A stretch of 64,000 nt of DNA from Candidatus Dojkabacteria bacterium (GTDB lineage Bacteria; Patescibacteriota; Dojkabacteria; J137), in NCBI GenBank assembly GCA_030834985.1, contig JAUQWV010000006.1:76168-140167 (forward strand), in the 5' to 3' direction. Positions 22,305-31,961 of this stretch are shown piece after piece. The notes beneath the pieces were generated by a model. That model saw only the letters and a program-made list of their open reading frames with translations, ran no database searches and was not told the DNA's origin. Every line of letters begins with the position of its first letter. Within the stretch, counting starts at the first letter, position 1. The translations under genes were made by a program, and so were the position numbers.

Positions 22305-23468
22305 TTAAATTATACTTCCGTTAATGCCCCATACACTATTCGTGACGAGCAGGAGTGTGATTAAACCTATTAGAAGGCCGTACTCTACCCAAAGAGACCT
22401 GCCAACCTTACCTCGTACTTCTAAGGCTACATTGAAGATTATGTAGTAAATAATAGCCAGCACAAGAATCGAATATATACTCTCAATCGGCCATACAGAT
22501 ATAGCTAAGATTGCTATAAACATTACTAGTACTACCGATAATGCTCTAAGAAGCAAATGATACTCACTAAGCTCTTTTATGGACGATAATGCTGAGTATG
22601 TAAAATAAAATACAAAGGCAAGTACTAGCCCTAGTTTTAGTATTAAATTAAAATTAGAGCTAAAGGTAAAAATGAGCATTATATAAGTAGAAACTAGCCC
22701 AAAAATGAATTGAGACGCCTTTGCTGCCTGCTCTAGAGGCAACTGTCCCAATATTGTTGCACCGTTTAGAATATTAGCAGTCAACATTAAAAGATAGCTA
22801 ACAAATACAACACCTAAAGACGCACCTAAGGCAAAGATAAACTTATAGCTGGTAGTATTTATAGTTAAGATAATTGAGGAACTTAGTACTAGTAAAGGGA
22901 TTAGAACAACTGTCGGATATAGCGCTATAGTGAAGAAACGTTTCCCTTTCACCTTGTAAAACAGTACCCAATTTGTAAAGAAAAATACCAGCGCCCCTAT
23001 AAATATAGCTAAAATTGCTATGTTGCCATATGTGATTGTAGCTTCATTTACAGGATTAAGTACTATCGTAGCATTCTGGCTTTTAGTAGTGACATTAGTC
23101 TGTGCTAAGTTAGATATATTCCCTGAGGCATCTTTACTACCAACCTGTACTGTATATTCTTTCCCTTCTATGAGGCTATAAATCTCATAGTTATCCACAC
23201 TCTTGTTGTTAAGTTTTTCATCGTTTATCTCTTCTCCATCTAAGGTTATATAGTAACCTATAACATCATGTTCATCCGCTCTGCTCCATGATAAATCAAG
23301 CTCTCTAGCTTTCTGAATGATTGTAACGTTATTTACTGGATTTGGAGGTAATAAAATTTCATAAACAATCTTAGATAGTGGACTTGTTATAAAGAACACC
23401 ACTATTCCTATTATTATTACGCTAAAAATAGCTCTTTGCCTTGTATTAAATTTCTTTAACTTTTTCAT
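22305..23468 (-). CDS. Membrane protein: N-terminal TM, fibronectin type III domain and multi-TM C-terminal domain
   Basis: FN3 pattern (PPNPV..V, LSW, GYYI, L.EGKEYTVQV.SKD.SGN.S) followed by about 8 hydrophobic helices. Confidence 0.7.
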   Translation of the reverse strand: MKKLKKFNTRQRAIFSVIIIGIVVFFITSPLSKIVYEILLPPNPVNNVTIIQKARELDLSWSRADEHDVIGYYITLDGEEINDEKLNNKSVDNYEIYSLIEGKEYTVQVGSKDASGNISNLAQTNVTTKSQNATIVLNPVNEATITYGNIAILAIFIGALVFFFTNWVLFYKVKGKRFFTIALYPTVVLIPLLVLSSSIILTINTTSYKFIFALGASLGVVFVSYLLMLTANILNGATILGQLPLEQAAKASQFIFGLVSTYIMLIFTFSSNFNLILKLGLVLAFVFYFTYSALSSIKELSEYHLLLRALSVVLVMFIAILAISVWPIESIYSILVLAIIYYIIFNVALEVRGKVGRSLWVEYGLLIGLITLLLVTNSVWGINGSII

Positions 23469-23492
23469 TTAATATCCATTATAAATTATTAC

Positions 23493-24506
23493 TTAATACT
23501 CTTCTATTCCTAGCAAATGCTCACCTCCATACTCTCTAAGGCCAATATGCGTAACCACTCTACCCTTTGGAGTTCTTTTGATTAAACCTTTTTTTATTAA
23601 AAACGGTTCGTAAACAGTTTCTATAGTATCTGGTTCTTCCGATAAAGATGCTGCTAAAGTGCTAAGACCTACCGGCCTATTATTAAAATGCTCTATTATT
23701 ATTTTCAAGATATTTCTGTCTAACATATCTAAACCGTTATCATCTATATCCAATAAACCTAATGTCTTTTGTGCAATTTCATAATCAATAACCTCTCTAC
23801 CATCTACAACTGCCATATCCCGTACTCTTTTTAATATCCTAATTGCAATTCTGGCCGTCATTCTAGCTCTTCTTGCGATTTCTAAAGCAGCTGGTTCTTC
23901 GATGTTAACATTCAACATCCTAGACTTCTGAAGAACCAGCTGCTGAAGCTCTTCGTCTGAATAAAAATCTAATCTAAAACTCATTCCAAATCGGTCACGT
24001 AAAGGACCGCTTACCATCGATAATTTGGTAGTTGCACCAATTATAGTAAACTGAGGCAATTCAAGTCTTAAAGTTCTTGCATTAGGGCCTTTTCCAATCA
24101 CAATGTCCAGCACACTATCTTCCATTGCCGGATATAAAATTTCTTCTATATTGAGTTTTAATCTATGAATTTCATCTATAAACAGTACTGAGTTATTCTC
24201 TAACGAAGTTAATATTGCAGCTAGATCACCAGGCTTATCCAGTACTGAACCATTAGTTATATGTATAGGAACTGCCATTTCTTTTGCTATGACATAGGCA
24301 AAACTTGTTTTGCCTAGTCCTGGAGGTCCGTGAAATAAAATGTGATCGAGTGCTTTACTTCTTTTTTTAGCAGAATCAATCATTATTTGAATATTTTTCT
24401 TTTCAACTTCTCGGCCAATAATTTCAGAAAGACTGCTAGGTCTTAGAGATCTTTCTAAGATCTCTTCAGATTCGTTCTTTGTATTGGGATCAGTAAAGTC
24501 TCTCAT
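23493..24506 (-). CDS. ruvB: Holliday junction helicase RuvB
   Basis: SLRP, GPPGLGKT, FIDEIHRL, PLRDRFG and RTPKGR. Confidence 0.97.
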   Translation of the reverse strand: MRDFTDPNTKNESEEILERSLRPSSLSEIIGREVEKKNIQIMIDSAKKRSKALDHILFHGPPGLGKTSFAYVIAKEMAVPIHITNGSVLDKPGDLAAILTSLENNSVLFIDEIHRLKLNIEEILYPAMEDSVLDIVIGKGPNARTLRLELPQFTIIGATTKLSMVSGPLRDRFGMSFRLDFYSDEELQQLVLQKSRMLNVNIEEPAALEIARRARMTARIAIRILKRVRDMAVVDGREVIDYEIAQKTLGLLDIDDNGLDMLDRNILKIIIEHFNNRPVGLSTLAASLSEEPDTIETVYEPFLIKKGLIKRTPKGRVVTHIGLREYGGEHLLGIEEY

Positions 24507-25108
24507 TAAATATTTTTAAGAATTACTTTTATTAAATCTTGTTCATTGCTAACTAATTCTAATTCTTCGTTATTCAGTTGTGAATAAACAGTTCTTACAT
24601 CAGCTTCTTTGTAACCTAACGAAGTCAATGCTGCGAGTGCATCTTTAAGAAATTTATTTATACTATTGTTATTATTTGAATCCTCTACTATGCTTTCAGA
24701 TAAGCCTTCTGAAAATTTAGCTAACTTATTCTTCAACTCAATAATAATTTTTTGAGCAGTTTTTACACCAACTCCAGAAACTTTTAAAGAATCAGCGTCA
24801 CCTGCAATAATTGCTCTAATTAGATTATCTGCACCTTTTGTTTCAATCAAAGCAAGGGCTGTTCTTGGACCAACACCAGAAACAGCAATAAGATTCTCAA
24901 ATAAACCCAAATCTTTTTTAGCTTCAAATCCCCACAAAGAGATCTCATTTTCTTTTACTACTGTAAAGATAAAAAGTGCAGCTTCTTGGTCTATTAAAAA
25001 ATTTAAGTTTGAGGGAATCACAACTCTATAACCTACACTATCAGCAGTTAAAACAATAAGTTGATTGCCTTCAATATCAATTACTTTTCCTTTGATAAAG
25101 CCTATCAT
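24506..25108 (-). CDS. ruvA: Holliday junction branch migration protein RuvA
   Basis: MIGFIKG, VGY, VSGVGPRTAL and ALTSLGY. Confidence 0.95.
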   Translation of the reverse strand: MIGFIKGKVIDIEGNQLIVLTADSVGYRVVIPSNLNFLIDQEAALFIFTVVKENEISLWGFEAKKDLGLFENLIAVSGVGPRTALALIETKGADNLIRAIIAGDADSLKVSGVGVKTAQKIIIELKNKLAKFSEGLSESIVEDSNNNNSINKFLKDALAALTSLGYKEADVRTVYSQLNNEELELVSNEQDLIKVILKNI

Positions 25109-25605
25109 ATACTTTTAAGTTGAGTTGGTCTGATTGAGTTAATATGACAATAAGAAACAGCAATTGCATCGGCTATATCATCAGGTTTTGGAATTTCTTT
25201 AAGGCCGAAAATCATCTTAACCATTTGCTGAATTTGCCTCTTTTCTGCCCTACCGTATCCAGTAACACTTGTCTTAACTTGTAAAGGCGTATAGTCATAT
25301 ATGTTAAGATTATTCAATTGCGCTACTAACAGTATAACACCCCGTACTTGGCTCACATTTATTACTGTCTTTTGATTTTTAAAATAAAAAAGACTCTCAA
25401 TTGCAATATCGCTTGGCTTATATTCTTTAATTATTTTATCGAGACCATCAAATATCTGTCTTAACCTTAATTCAAATGGAGTTCCTGCTTCAGTTAGAAT
25501 GGCACCGTAATCAATTAAATGTATTCCGTTTGTATATTGAGGGTCTTTATCTAATATTGACCAACCATTAATTGCGAAGCCAACATCTATACCTAATACT
25601 CTCAT
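25105..25605 (-). CDS. ruvC: Crossover junction endodeoxyribonuclease RuvC
   Basis: VLGIDVG, AIE, YTPLQVK, GYGRAEK and DDIADAIA. Confidence 0.96.
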   Translation of the reverse strand: MRVLGIDVGFAINGWSILDKDPQYTNGIHLIDYGAILTEAGTPFELRLRQIFDGLDKIIKEYKPSDIAIESLFYFKNQKTVINVSQVRGVILLVAQLNNLNIYDYTPLQVKTSVTGYGRAEKRQIQQMVKMIFGLKEIPKPDDIADAIAVSYCHINSIRPTQLKSI

Positions 25606-25620
25606 TAAAAGAAATTCTAA

Positions 25621-26361
25621 CTATTTAATATTATCCCACACGTATACCACATCAGAATGAGACTTAATCTTTTCAACAAGAGTAAAGTTTTGGTCTAAAG
25701 TTTTATCATCTAATTCAACTTTATCTTTTGCTTGTTTAATCAAGCCAGCTTCATTAAATTCTATATTTGGTAAGGTAGCTTTAACTTCATCTAAAACTTG
25801 CTTAAGCATCTCTTTCTTAGTAAATATTGTTATAGTATTTTCTTCTGGATCTGAATCTACATCTACTACTCCATTTATTGACATTACATTATAAAGCTGA
25901 TTATCTAAGTCAGACTGTAATGCCGATGTACTCAAAATAATTCTGCCTACTTCCTCAAACTGCCACGATAAAGATCCTTCAGGAACAAATTTTGCACCCT
26001 CTTTACCCACAATTGTCTTTAATTCGGTTAAAGTTCTATTTGGACTATCAGTTTCGCAATCAATTAAAAAAATTGCTCCACCAAAGCCACTGATTTCATA
26101 AGTTTTTTCTGAAAATCCGTCTGAAGAATGCTTACCTAACCCAGAGTTAACCGCTTTTTGAATCTTGTCAGAAGTCATATTTGCCGCTTTTGCTTTGTTT
26201 ACAGCAACACGTAAGTACGGATTAAAATTGATATCTCCACTTCCTCCAAGTTGAGTTGCAAGTAATATCTCTTTTGCTAATCTGGAAAATAGTGCACCAC
26301 GCTTAGCATCTTGAAGTCCTTTTGTTCTTTTAATGTTATTCCATTTGGAGTGTCCTGACAT
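25621..26361 (-). CDS. yebC: YebC/PmpR family protein
   Basis: MSGHSKWNNIKRTK N-terminus; conserved yebC-ruvCAB order. Confidence 0.93.
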   Translation of the reverse strand: MSGHSKWNNIKRTKGLQDAKRGALFSRLAKEILLATQLGGSGDINFNPYLRVAVNKAKAANMTSDKIQKAVNSGLGKHSSDGFSEKTYEISGFGGAIFLIDCETDSPNRTLTELKTIVGKEGAKFVPEGSLSWQFEEVGRIILSTSALQSDLDNQLYNVMSINGVVDVDSDPEENTITIFTKKEMLKQVLDEVKATLPNIEFNEAGLIKQAKDKVELDDKTLDQNFTLVEKIKSHSDVVYVWDNIK

Positions 26362-26379
26362 AGTCTTTAGCTAACTTAA

Positions 26380-27690
26380 TTATTCTTTGCCGATTACTAA
26401 TATCATATCACCGGAGTAATTATATTTGTAATCGCCGAATATGATTCTAACATCATCCCGCAATATTGCTCTAACAGCCTTTATTGTATTAATAAAATTA
26501 TCTGGAGTTTTACTTGGAATGTACAATCTGTTCTCCTCTACTTTTTCAGTATAGTTTCCCGTCTTTATAACTGTGATTCCTATATTTTCAAACTTTCTTT
26601 TAAGGTTATAAGCAATTCCTGATACATTTGTTGCATTAAATATCTCTATTTGAGCCTGCTCCTTTATTATGGCAATACTAGAAAATACTTTAGATATATC
26701 TTCGTCTAATAAAATATCACTGGCAGGAATCCCTTCCTCTAAATTCGACTTAGTTAAGTCTTCCAAAGTAAGCTGTTGAGAAGCAAATCCTGTCTTTATA
26801 AATGCATTAGAACTAGCAAGATTGGCAACAAATCTTATAAATTGGTCTTTAGTAAAATCAGTACGTAAAATATCACTAAATTCTTTACCATCTAAAAAGT
26901 ATCTATAAAGTTTGTAAGTGTCCCGCAATGACTCTAAAAGCTCTTTTAAGAACATATTCTGACGCTTTAATGAGTCATCTGTAAGAATAGCTTCCTTAGC
27001 AATAAAATCATAAAGCCTACTACCGCCAATAGCCTCATCCTGAGCATAAGAATTTCCCTCGATACTATAGTTTTTATCAGCAATTACTGTAACACCTGTC
27101 TTCTCTATTAAAGTATTTAAGTCAGAATAATTAAATGCAACGTACCTATCTATTCTTATAGCGGAGATCTTTTCAATTATCGTTAATAGATCTATCATTT
27201 TTTCTTCATCTTTAGAGGTTAGAAGATTAAATACGCTTCTTAATGGGAACTTAGCACTCCCTAAATTTACTAAGTAGTTAGGATTATATGAATATAATTT
27301 AAGCTCACCTGTTTGATAATCTAAATTTACAATAGCTAACATATTTATAAAACGATAGTTATTCTTAGTGTCGTCAAAGCCAATAAATACCACGTTAATA
27401 TCTCTTGCATCACTAATAATTTGCGGGGAGTGCTCTATTCCTTCTACATCAACATAAGGAGCGACTTCAATTTGCAAATATCTGTGGATATGAAATCCAA
27501 CAATGAATATTAATAAAACAGAAAGAATAATAAGCACAGTTTTACCTTTAAAAAAGTCTCTGCCAAATGTGTTTCTACGTAGATTAATAGAAGGTCTGCT
27601 TCTACCCGATCTAAAATCTCTAATAAATTTTTTTATAGAGTTATAAAAACTTGAACGTGTAATGTTTAATGGCAATGGAGATTTATCCAT
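26380..27690 (-). CDS. LCP-family-like protein with a LytR C-terminal domain (degenerate catalytic motifs)
   Basis: Single TM; INVVFIGFD, IRIDRYV, KRQ..FL; LytR_C pattern IEIFNATNVSGIA..TGN..DMILVIG. Confidence 0.75.
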   Translation of the reverse strand: MDKSPLPLNITRSSFYNSIKKFIRDFRSGRSRPSINLRRNTFGRDFFKGKTVLIILSVLLIFIVGFHIHRYLQIEVAPYVDVEGIEHSPQIISDARDINVVFIGFDDTKNNYRFINMLAIVNLDYQTGELKLYSYNPNYLVNLGSAKFPLRSVFNLLTSKDEEKMIDLLTIIEKISAIRIDRYVAFNYSDLNTLIEKTGVTVIADKNYSIEGNSYAQDEAIGGSRLYDFIAKEAILTDDSLKRQNMFLKELLESLRDTYKLYRYFLDGKEFSDILRTDFTKDQFIRFVANLASSNAFIKTGFASQQLTLEDLTKSNLEEGIPASDILLDEDISKVFSSIAIIKEQAQIEIFNATNVSGIAYNLKRKFENIGITVIKTGNYTEKVEENRLYIPSKTPDNFINTIKAVRAILRDDVRIIFGDYKYNYSGDMILVIGKE

Positions 27691-27731
27691 CTATACAATA
27701 TAAAATCTCAGATAAAGCTATTATACAATTA

Positions 27732-28391
27732 TTAAGCAGTTGCGTTAGCTTTACCTTCTGATTTTGGAGCTTTCTTTGGTAATGAAAATTTAGGTTTTAT
27801 TTTACCTAATTTATTCTTTGCTTTACTTAAAGAAGCTTTTGCTACTTCTTTATGTTTTTGTAAATCAATTGATTTATGATTTGTAAGTTTTTTATCCTGT
27901 TTCTTTTCATCTTTAGGTTTCTTCTCTACCGACTTCACTTCAATAATCTCTTTTTTCTCTTCAACTTTTAATTCGTCTTTATTAGATTTCCATGCCACAT
28001 CAATTGCCATATCTGAATTAGATTGAGTTTCAGTTTTTGCTATCTTTAACTCTAAACTCAACTGAACATTTCCATCCTGCCCAATAAAATTTACTACAGG
28101 AACATTAACTCCAGCTCTTGAAGAGTTATCTTCATGGTAAAAAAGATAATCATCATTATCTGGTCTAACAATCAAGTAAAAGACAAGCGATGGAAAGTTA
28201 AATATTAGCACTACTAAAAAGAAAATTATTGCAATTACAGTATTGTTATAACGTTTTTTGGCATCAACATATACCCAAAAGCTGAACATAAACCATAACA
28301 ATCCTAAATATACTAAAACGATTGTTAAGATTGTAGGAAAGTCATTTCCACTTCCAATGATTTTTGCAATAAAATCTATCATAGACAGCAT
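27732..28391 (-). CDS. Hypothetical membrane protein with a Lys-rich C-terminal tail
   Basis: TM helices with WVYVDAKKR and YLIVRP (PLDc_N-like pattern) and a K-rich tail. Confidence 0.6.
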   Translation of the reverse strand: MLSMIDFIAKIIGSGNDFPTILTIVLVYLGLLWFMFSFWVYVDAKKRYNNTVIAIIFFLVVLIFNFPSLVFYLIVRPDNDDYLFYHEDNSSRAGVNVPVVNFIGQDGNVQLSLELKIAKTETQSNSDMAIDVAWKSNKDELKVEEKKEIIEVKSVEKKPKDEKKQDKKLTNHKSIDLQKHKEVAKASLSKAKNKLGKIKPKFSLPKKAPKSEGKANATA

Positions 28392-28408
28392 TTATAAACA
28401 TAAATAAA

Positions 28409-28492
28409 TACCGAGAGAGGGACTCGAACCCTCACACCGTTGCCGGCACCAGATTTTGAGTCTGACGTGTCTACCAATTCCACCATCTCGGC
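28409..28492 (-). tRNA. tRNA-Leu(CAA)
   Basis: GCCGAGATGGTGGAATTGGTAGACACG-TCAGA CT CAA AA TCTGG, long variable arm, GTTCGAGTC, acceptor closing TCTCGGT-A. CCA is not encoded. Confidence 0.95.
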
Positions 28493-28528
28493 TTAAACTG
28501 CTGAATTATAACAAATTTAGCCAAAAAT

Positions 28529-29860
28529 TTAATCCGACCAGTCTTCAAATCTGGTTTGTCTAGGAACAAATTTCACCTTTACTGTGCCAATAGGTCCGTT
28601 TCTATGTTTAGCAACAGTAACACTCACATCTATCTTTTTATTCTCGTCATTTGTTTCTTCTATAGAATCGGTAGCTGCCATGTCCCTACTCAAAAACATT
28701 ACTAAGTCAGCATCTTGTTCAATAGAACCGGACTCTCTTAAGTCAGAAAGTTGAGGTATTCTGTCTCCGCGAACTTCAACTGATCTGTTTAGCTGCGATA
28801 GCGCCATTATCGGAATTTGAAGTTCGCGGGCTAAGATTTTAAGTGATCTGGATATTTCTCCAACTTCTTGTGCTCTGTTGTCTCTATCCTTAGCATGGCC
28901 TTGCATAAGCTGAAGATAGTCAATCAGAACAAAATCAAGGCCATGCTCAAGCTTTAGCCTTCGAATTTTGCTTCTTAACTGCATAATATTAATTCCGGCT
29001 GTATCATCAACAAAAATCTTTGCATTAGATATTTCAGAGATTCCTTCGTTATATTTATTATAGTCTTTAATGTTTCCCATTCTAATATCCCATAAATCCA
29101 TTTTTACCTGTTGAGCCATAACCCTTTCGATAACCTGAACATTAGGCATTTCTAAAGAAAAGATTGCCACTGTTTTTTTTACATTGATAGCTATATGTCT
29201 TGCGATATCAAAACTAAATGCACTTTTACCTACCGATGGACGAGCTGCTAAGATAATTAAATCTGATTTGTGGAGGCCTCCCAAATGCTTATCGAGATCT
29301 TTCAGTCCTGTTGGGAGGCCTCTTAAAGCACCAGGATTCTTTGCATATTCATCTGCTTTTGCCATCTGCAACTCTAAAAGCTCTGCTGCACCAAAAAAAT
29401 CACTTCGTGAGTTATCCTGCGAAATAGAAAAGACATCCTTTTCTAATTCATCTAAAACATTTTCTATTGGTTCATCTTCCTTTCTGGCAAGTTCATCAAA
29501 CTTAGAAGAATAAGATATTAATAATCTTCTAATTGCATTCTCTTTAACAATATTCGCATATTCAATTACATTAGCCGAAGTAGGTACTATACTTATTAGT
29601 TCACTTAAATACTCTGCTCCACCAGCTTCTTTAATTTTTTTATTCTTTTTTAATTCTGTAGTAAGTGTTAAAAAGTCAATCGGCTTGCTGGCAGCATACA
29701 GGTTCATTATATTTGTAAAGATTACCTGATGCTTTGGATCATAAAAGAAGTCAGGCCTAATAATATCGGCAACTTTGTTAAAGGCATCGTTATCTATAAG
29801 CACAGAACCTATAACTGCTTTTTCAGCTTCAATATTATTTGGAGGTATTTTTAAACTCAT
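28529..29860 (-). CDS. dnaB: Replicative DNA helicase DnaB
   Basis: PPNNIEAE, AARPSVGKS, FSLEM, IDYLQLM, LSQLNR, LRESGSIEQDAD and KHRNGP. Confidence 0.97.
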   Translation of the reverse strand: MSLKIPPNNIEAEKAVIGSVLIDNDAFNKVADIIRPDFFYDPKHQVIFTNIMNLYAASKPIDFLTLTTELKKNKKIKEAGGAEYLSELISIVPTSANVIEYANIVKENAIRRLLISYSSKFDELARKEDEPIENVLDELEKDVFSISQDNSRSDFFGAAELLELQMAKADEYAKNPGALRGLPTGLKDLDKHLGGLHKSDLIILAARPSVGKSAFSFDIARHIAINVKKTVAIFSLEMPNVQVIERVMAQQVKMDLWDIRMGNIKDYNKYNEGISEISNAKIFVDDTAGINIMQLRSKIRRLKLEHGLDFVLIDYLQLMQGHAKDRDNRAQEVGEISRSLKILARELQIPIMALSQLNRSVEVRGDRIPQLSDLRESGSIEQDADLVMFLSRDMAATDSIEETNDENKKIDVSVTVAKHRNGPIGTVKVKFVPRQTRFEDWSD

Positions 29861-29881
29861 TTTATGCTTTTGTTACTCAAG

Positions 29882-30391
29882 CTATTTTAATAGCAATTGT
29901 CTTAAAACTATATTTTCTCCTCGTGGGAAGTCACTTTCTTTAACTTTTAGACTTTTTTCTTCTACAAGATTCGGCATATTGTACTCTTTTTGAAGTTCGT
30001 CTAATTTTTTAGGACCAAAAAAAAGTAAATATTGTGGTTCAAAATATGTGATTAGCTTCCTAACTGACTCAACATTAATCTCTGAGTTTACAGCAAGAAT
30101 GTCTATATTAGCTATGTCTTTAAGAGAATCTTTTTCAGATGCTTTTTCATCAAATATAATGCCTACATCAATACCATCAGCACTTACTGATACAAAATTA
30201 GCTTTGCCTTGATAGTCAGGAGTTGGAACTTCAAGGGCAATTATATTTACATTATTAATTTCATATTCACCTGGTTGATTAACTACAGATGAACCGATCT
30301 CTACTCTTATCCCACCCTCCGATAGAACCTTAACTGATTCATTTGCTGTTTCGATAGAAATCTCTTTTGCTGAGGCCTTTTTGATAGTCAT
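29882..30391 (-). CDS. Degenerate metallo-beta-lactamase-fold-like protein (no His)
   Basis: PGEYEI motif, IDIL and ..EP.Y pattern typical of small MBL-fold proteins; metal ligands are absent. Confidence 0.5.
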   Translation of the reverse strand: MTIKKASAKEISIETANESVKVLSEGGIRVEIGSSVVNQPGEYEINNVNIIALEVPTPDYQGKANFVSVSADGIDVGIIFDEKASEKDSLKDIANIDILAVNSEINVESVRKLITYFEPQYLLFFGPKKLDELQKEYNMPNLVEEKSLKVKESDFPRGENIVLRQLLLK

Positions 30392-30418
30392 AATCTGCTT
30401 AAAATAATATAAAATAGC

Positions 30419-30447
30419 TTTACTTAAGAGGACTTAATAGGTATAAT
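30419..30447 (+). promoter_or_regulatory. Putative sigma70 promoter of rpmE
   Basis: TTTACT-17 nt-TATAAT. Confidence 0.5.
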
Positions 30448-30479
30448 TTTAGCACTAAATTTCTGAATTAATAAAGGAT

Positions 30480-30788
30480 ATGAGAAAGAATACCCATCCA
30501 GATTATCACGAAACAGTTATTATTTGTAATACCTGTAAAACTGAATACAAATTAGGAACTAGTGTAGATGGCGTTAGAGTTGAACTATGTGCTAACTGCC
30601 ACCCTTTTTATACTGGCAAAGAGATGCTTGTAGACACTGATAACTTGGTTGATAAATTTAACAAAAAATTAAGTGCAGTTAAACCAGTAGGTACTTTAGT
30701 TTCTAAAAAACAAAAAAGATTAGAAAAAAAGAAGAGCTCTACTTCTCAAGCATTAACCCTAAAGGACATGCTTGCTCAGATTAAGTAA
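30480..30788 (+). CDS. rpmE: 50S ribosomal protein bL31 (Zn-binding type, extended C-terminus)
   Basis: HPDY, CNTC and CANCHPFYTG. Confidence 0.96.
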   Translation: MRKNTHPDYHETVIICNTCKTEYKLGTSVDGVRVELCANCHPFYTGKEMLVDTDNLVDKFNKKLSAVKPVGTLVSKKQKRLEKKKSSTSQALTLKDMLAQIK

Positions 30789-30812
30789 GAAACTAAATTT
30801 ACATATAAACCT

Positions 30813-30847
30813 AAATCCCTTATATTAACGAATATAGGGGATTTTTT
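30813..30847 (+). terminator. Intrinsic terminator after rpmE
   Basis: AAATCCCTTATATT-AACG-AATATAGGGGATTT followed by Ts. Confidence 0.7.
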
Positions 30848-30853
30848 ATTAAT

Positions 30854-31960
30854 ATGGACCAAACAGAAATCGATAACCTTCTTAAGCAGGTAGATTTAAA
30901 TAAAATTACTAGTGAAATACACGCTTTCGAAAATCAAACAGATACAGATTACTCTTCTAAAGACTATATTGATTCCTTAAAAAAATATAATAAAAATCTT
31001 GAGATTAAAGATCTTCATAACCAAATTTTATCAATATTAAGTAACTTAAAAGATACTAAAGAACTGGCTCAGGATGAGGCTCTTAAAGAGCAAGCAGACA
31101 ATGAGATAGCTTTATTAGAAGAAAACCTAGCTAATTTATACACTAAGTTAGAGTTACTATTAATTGAACCTTTAGAAAATGATGATAAAAAGGCTTTATT
31201 TGAGATTAGACCTGGAGTTGGAGGAGTTGAGGCTGCTTTATTTGCAAATGACCTGCTAGAGATGTACCAAAAATACTGTCTTAAAAATAATTTAAAAATT
31301 GAAGTTTATTCAATCGATTACAATTTAGAAGGCGGTATTAACGAAGCAGTTTTTTTAGTTGATTCAGAAAATAGCTACTCTACTTTCAGATTTGAATCAG
31401 GCGTTCATAGAGTGCAGAGAGTGCCCAAAACAGAGACTTTAGGACGAATACATACTTCCACAGCTTCTGTGGTGGTAATGCCTGAAATAGACCTAAATAC
31501 GGCCGAAATTAGCCCCAATGATTTGCGTATCGACGTCTATCGTTCAAGTGGCCCAGGAGGACAATCTGTCAATACTACAGACTCTGCTGTAAGGATTACT
31601 CATATCCCAACAAAAATTACTGTGACAAGTCAAGCAAGTAAATCACAACACAAAAATAAAGAGATGGCTATGAAGATATTAGCTAGTAGATTATACGAGC
31701 TTGAATCAGAAAAGATTAGCTCCCAGGTTAACACATTACGAGCTGAGTCAATAATGGGAGGCAAGCGTTCTTCTAAAATAAGAACATATAACTTCCCTCA
31801 AGGACGAATCACCGACCATAGAGTCGGTAAAAGCTGGTTTAACATCGAAGAAGTAGTATATGAGGGTGCCCTAGATGATATTCTTGAAATCACTAATCAG
31901 ATTATTAGAACTGGGAAATCTGATAGTACAGAAAATGACGGTGAAGAAGAACTTAAATAA
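30854..31960 (+). CDS. prfA: Peptide chain release factor 1
   Basis: ESGVHRVQRVPKTE (PxT motif), GPGGQ and RTYNFPQ. Confidence 0.95.
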   Translation: MDQTEIDNLLKQVDLNKITSEIHAFENQTDTDYSSKDYIDSLKKYNKNLEIKDLHNQILSILSNLKDTKELAQDEALKEQADNEIALLEENLANLYTKLELLLIEPLENDDKKALFEIRPGVGGVEAALFANDLLEMYQKYCLKNNLKIEVYSIDYNLEGGINEAVFLVDSENSYSTFRFESGVHRVQRVPKTETLGRIHTSTASVVVMPEIDLNTAEISPNDLRIDVYRSSGPGGQSVNTTDSAVRITHIPTKITVTSQASKSQHKNKEMAMKILASRLYELESEKISSQVNTLRAESIMGGKRSSKIRTYNFPQGRITDHRVGKSWFNIEEVVYEGALDDILEITNQIIRTGKSDSTENDGEEELK

Positions 31961-31961
31961 A

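Noticed and set aside
23191-23199. Perfect DnaA box TTATCCACA
   Set aside because: A single copy inside a coding sequence with no cluster. It is not enough to call oriC.
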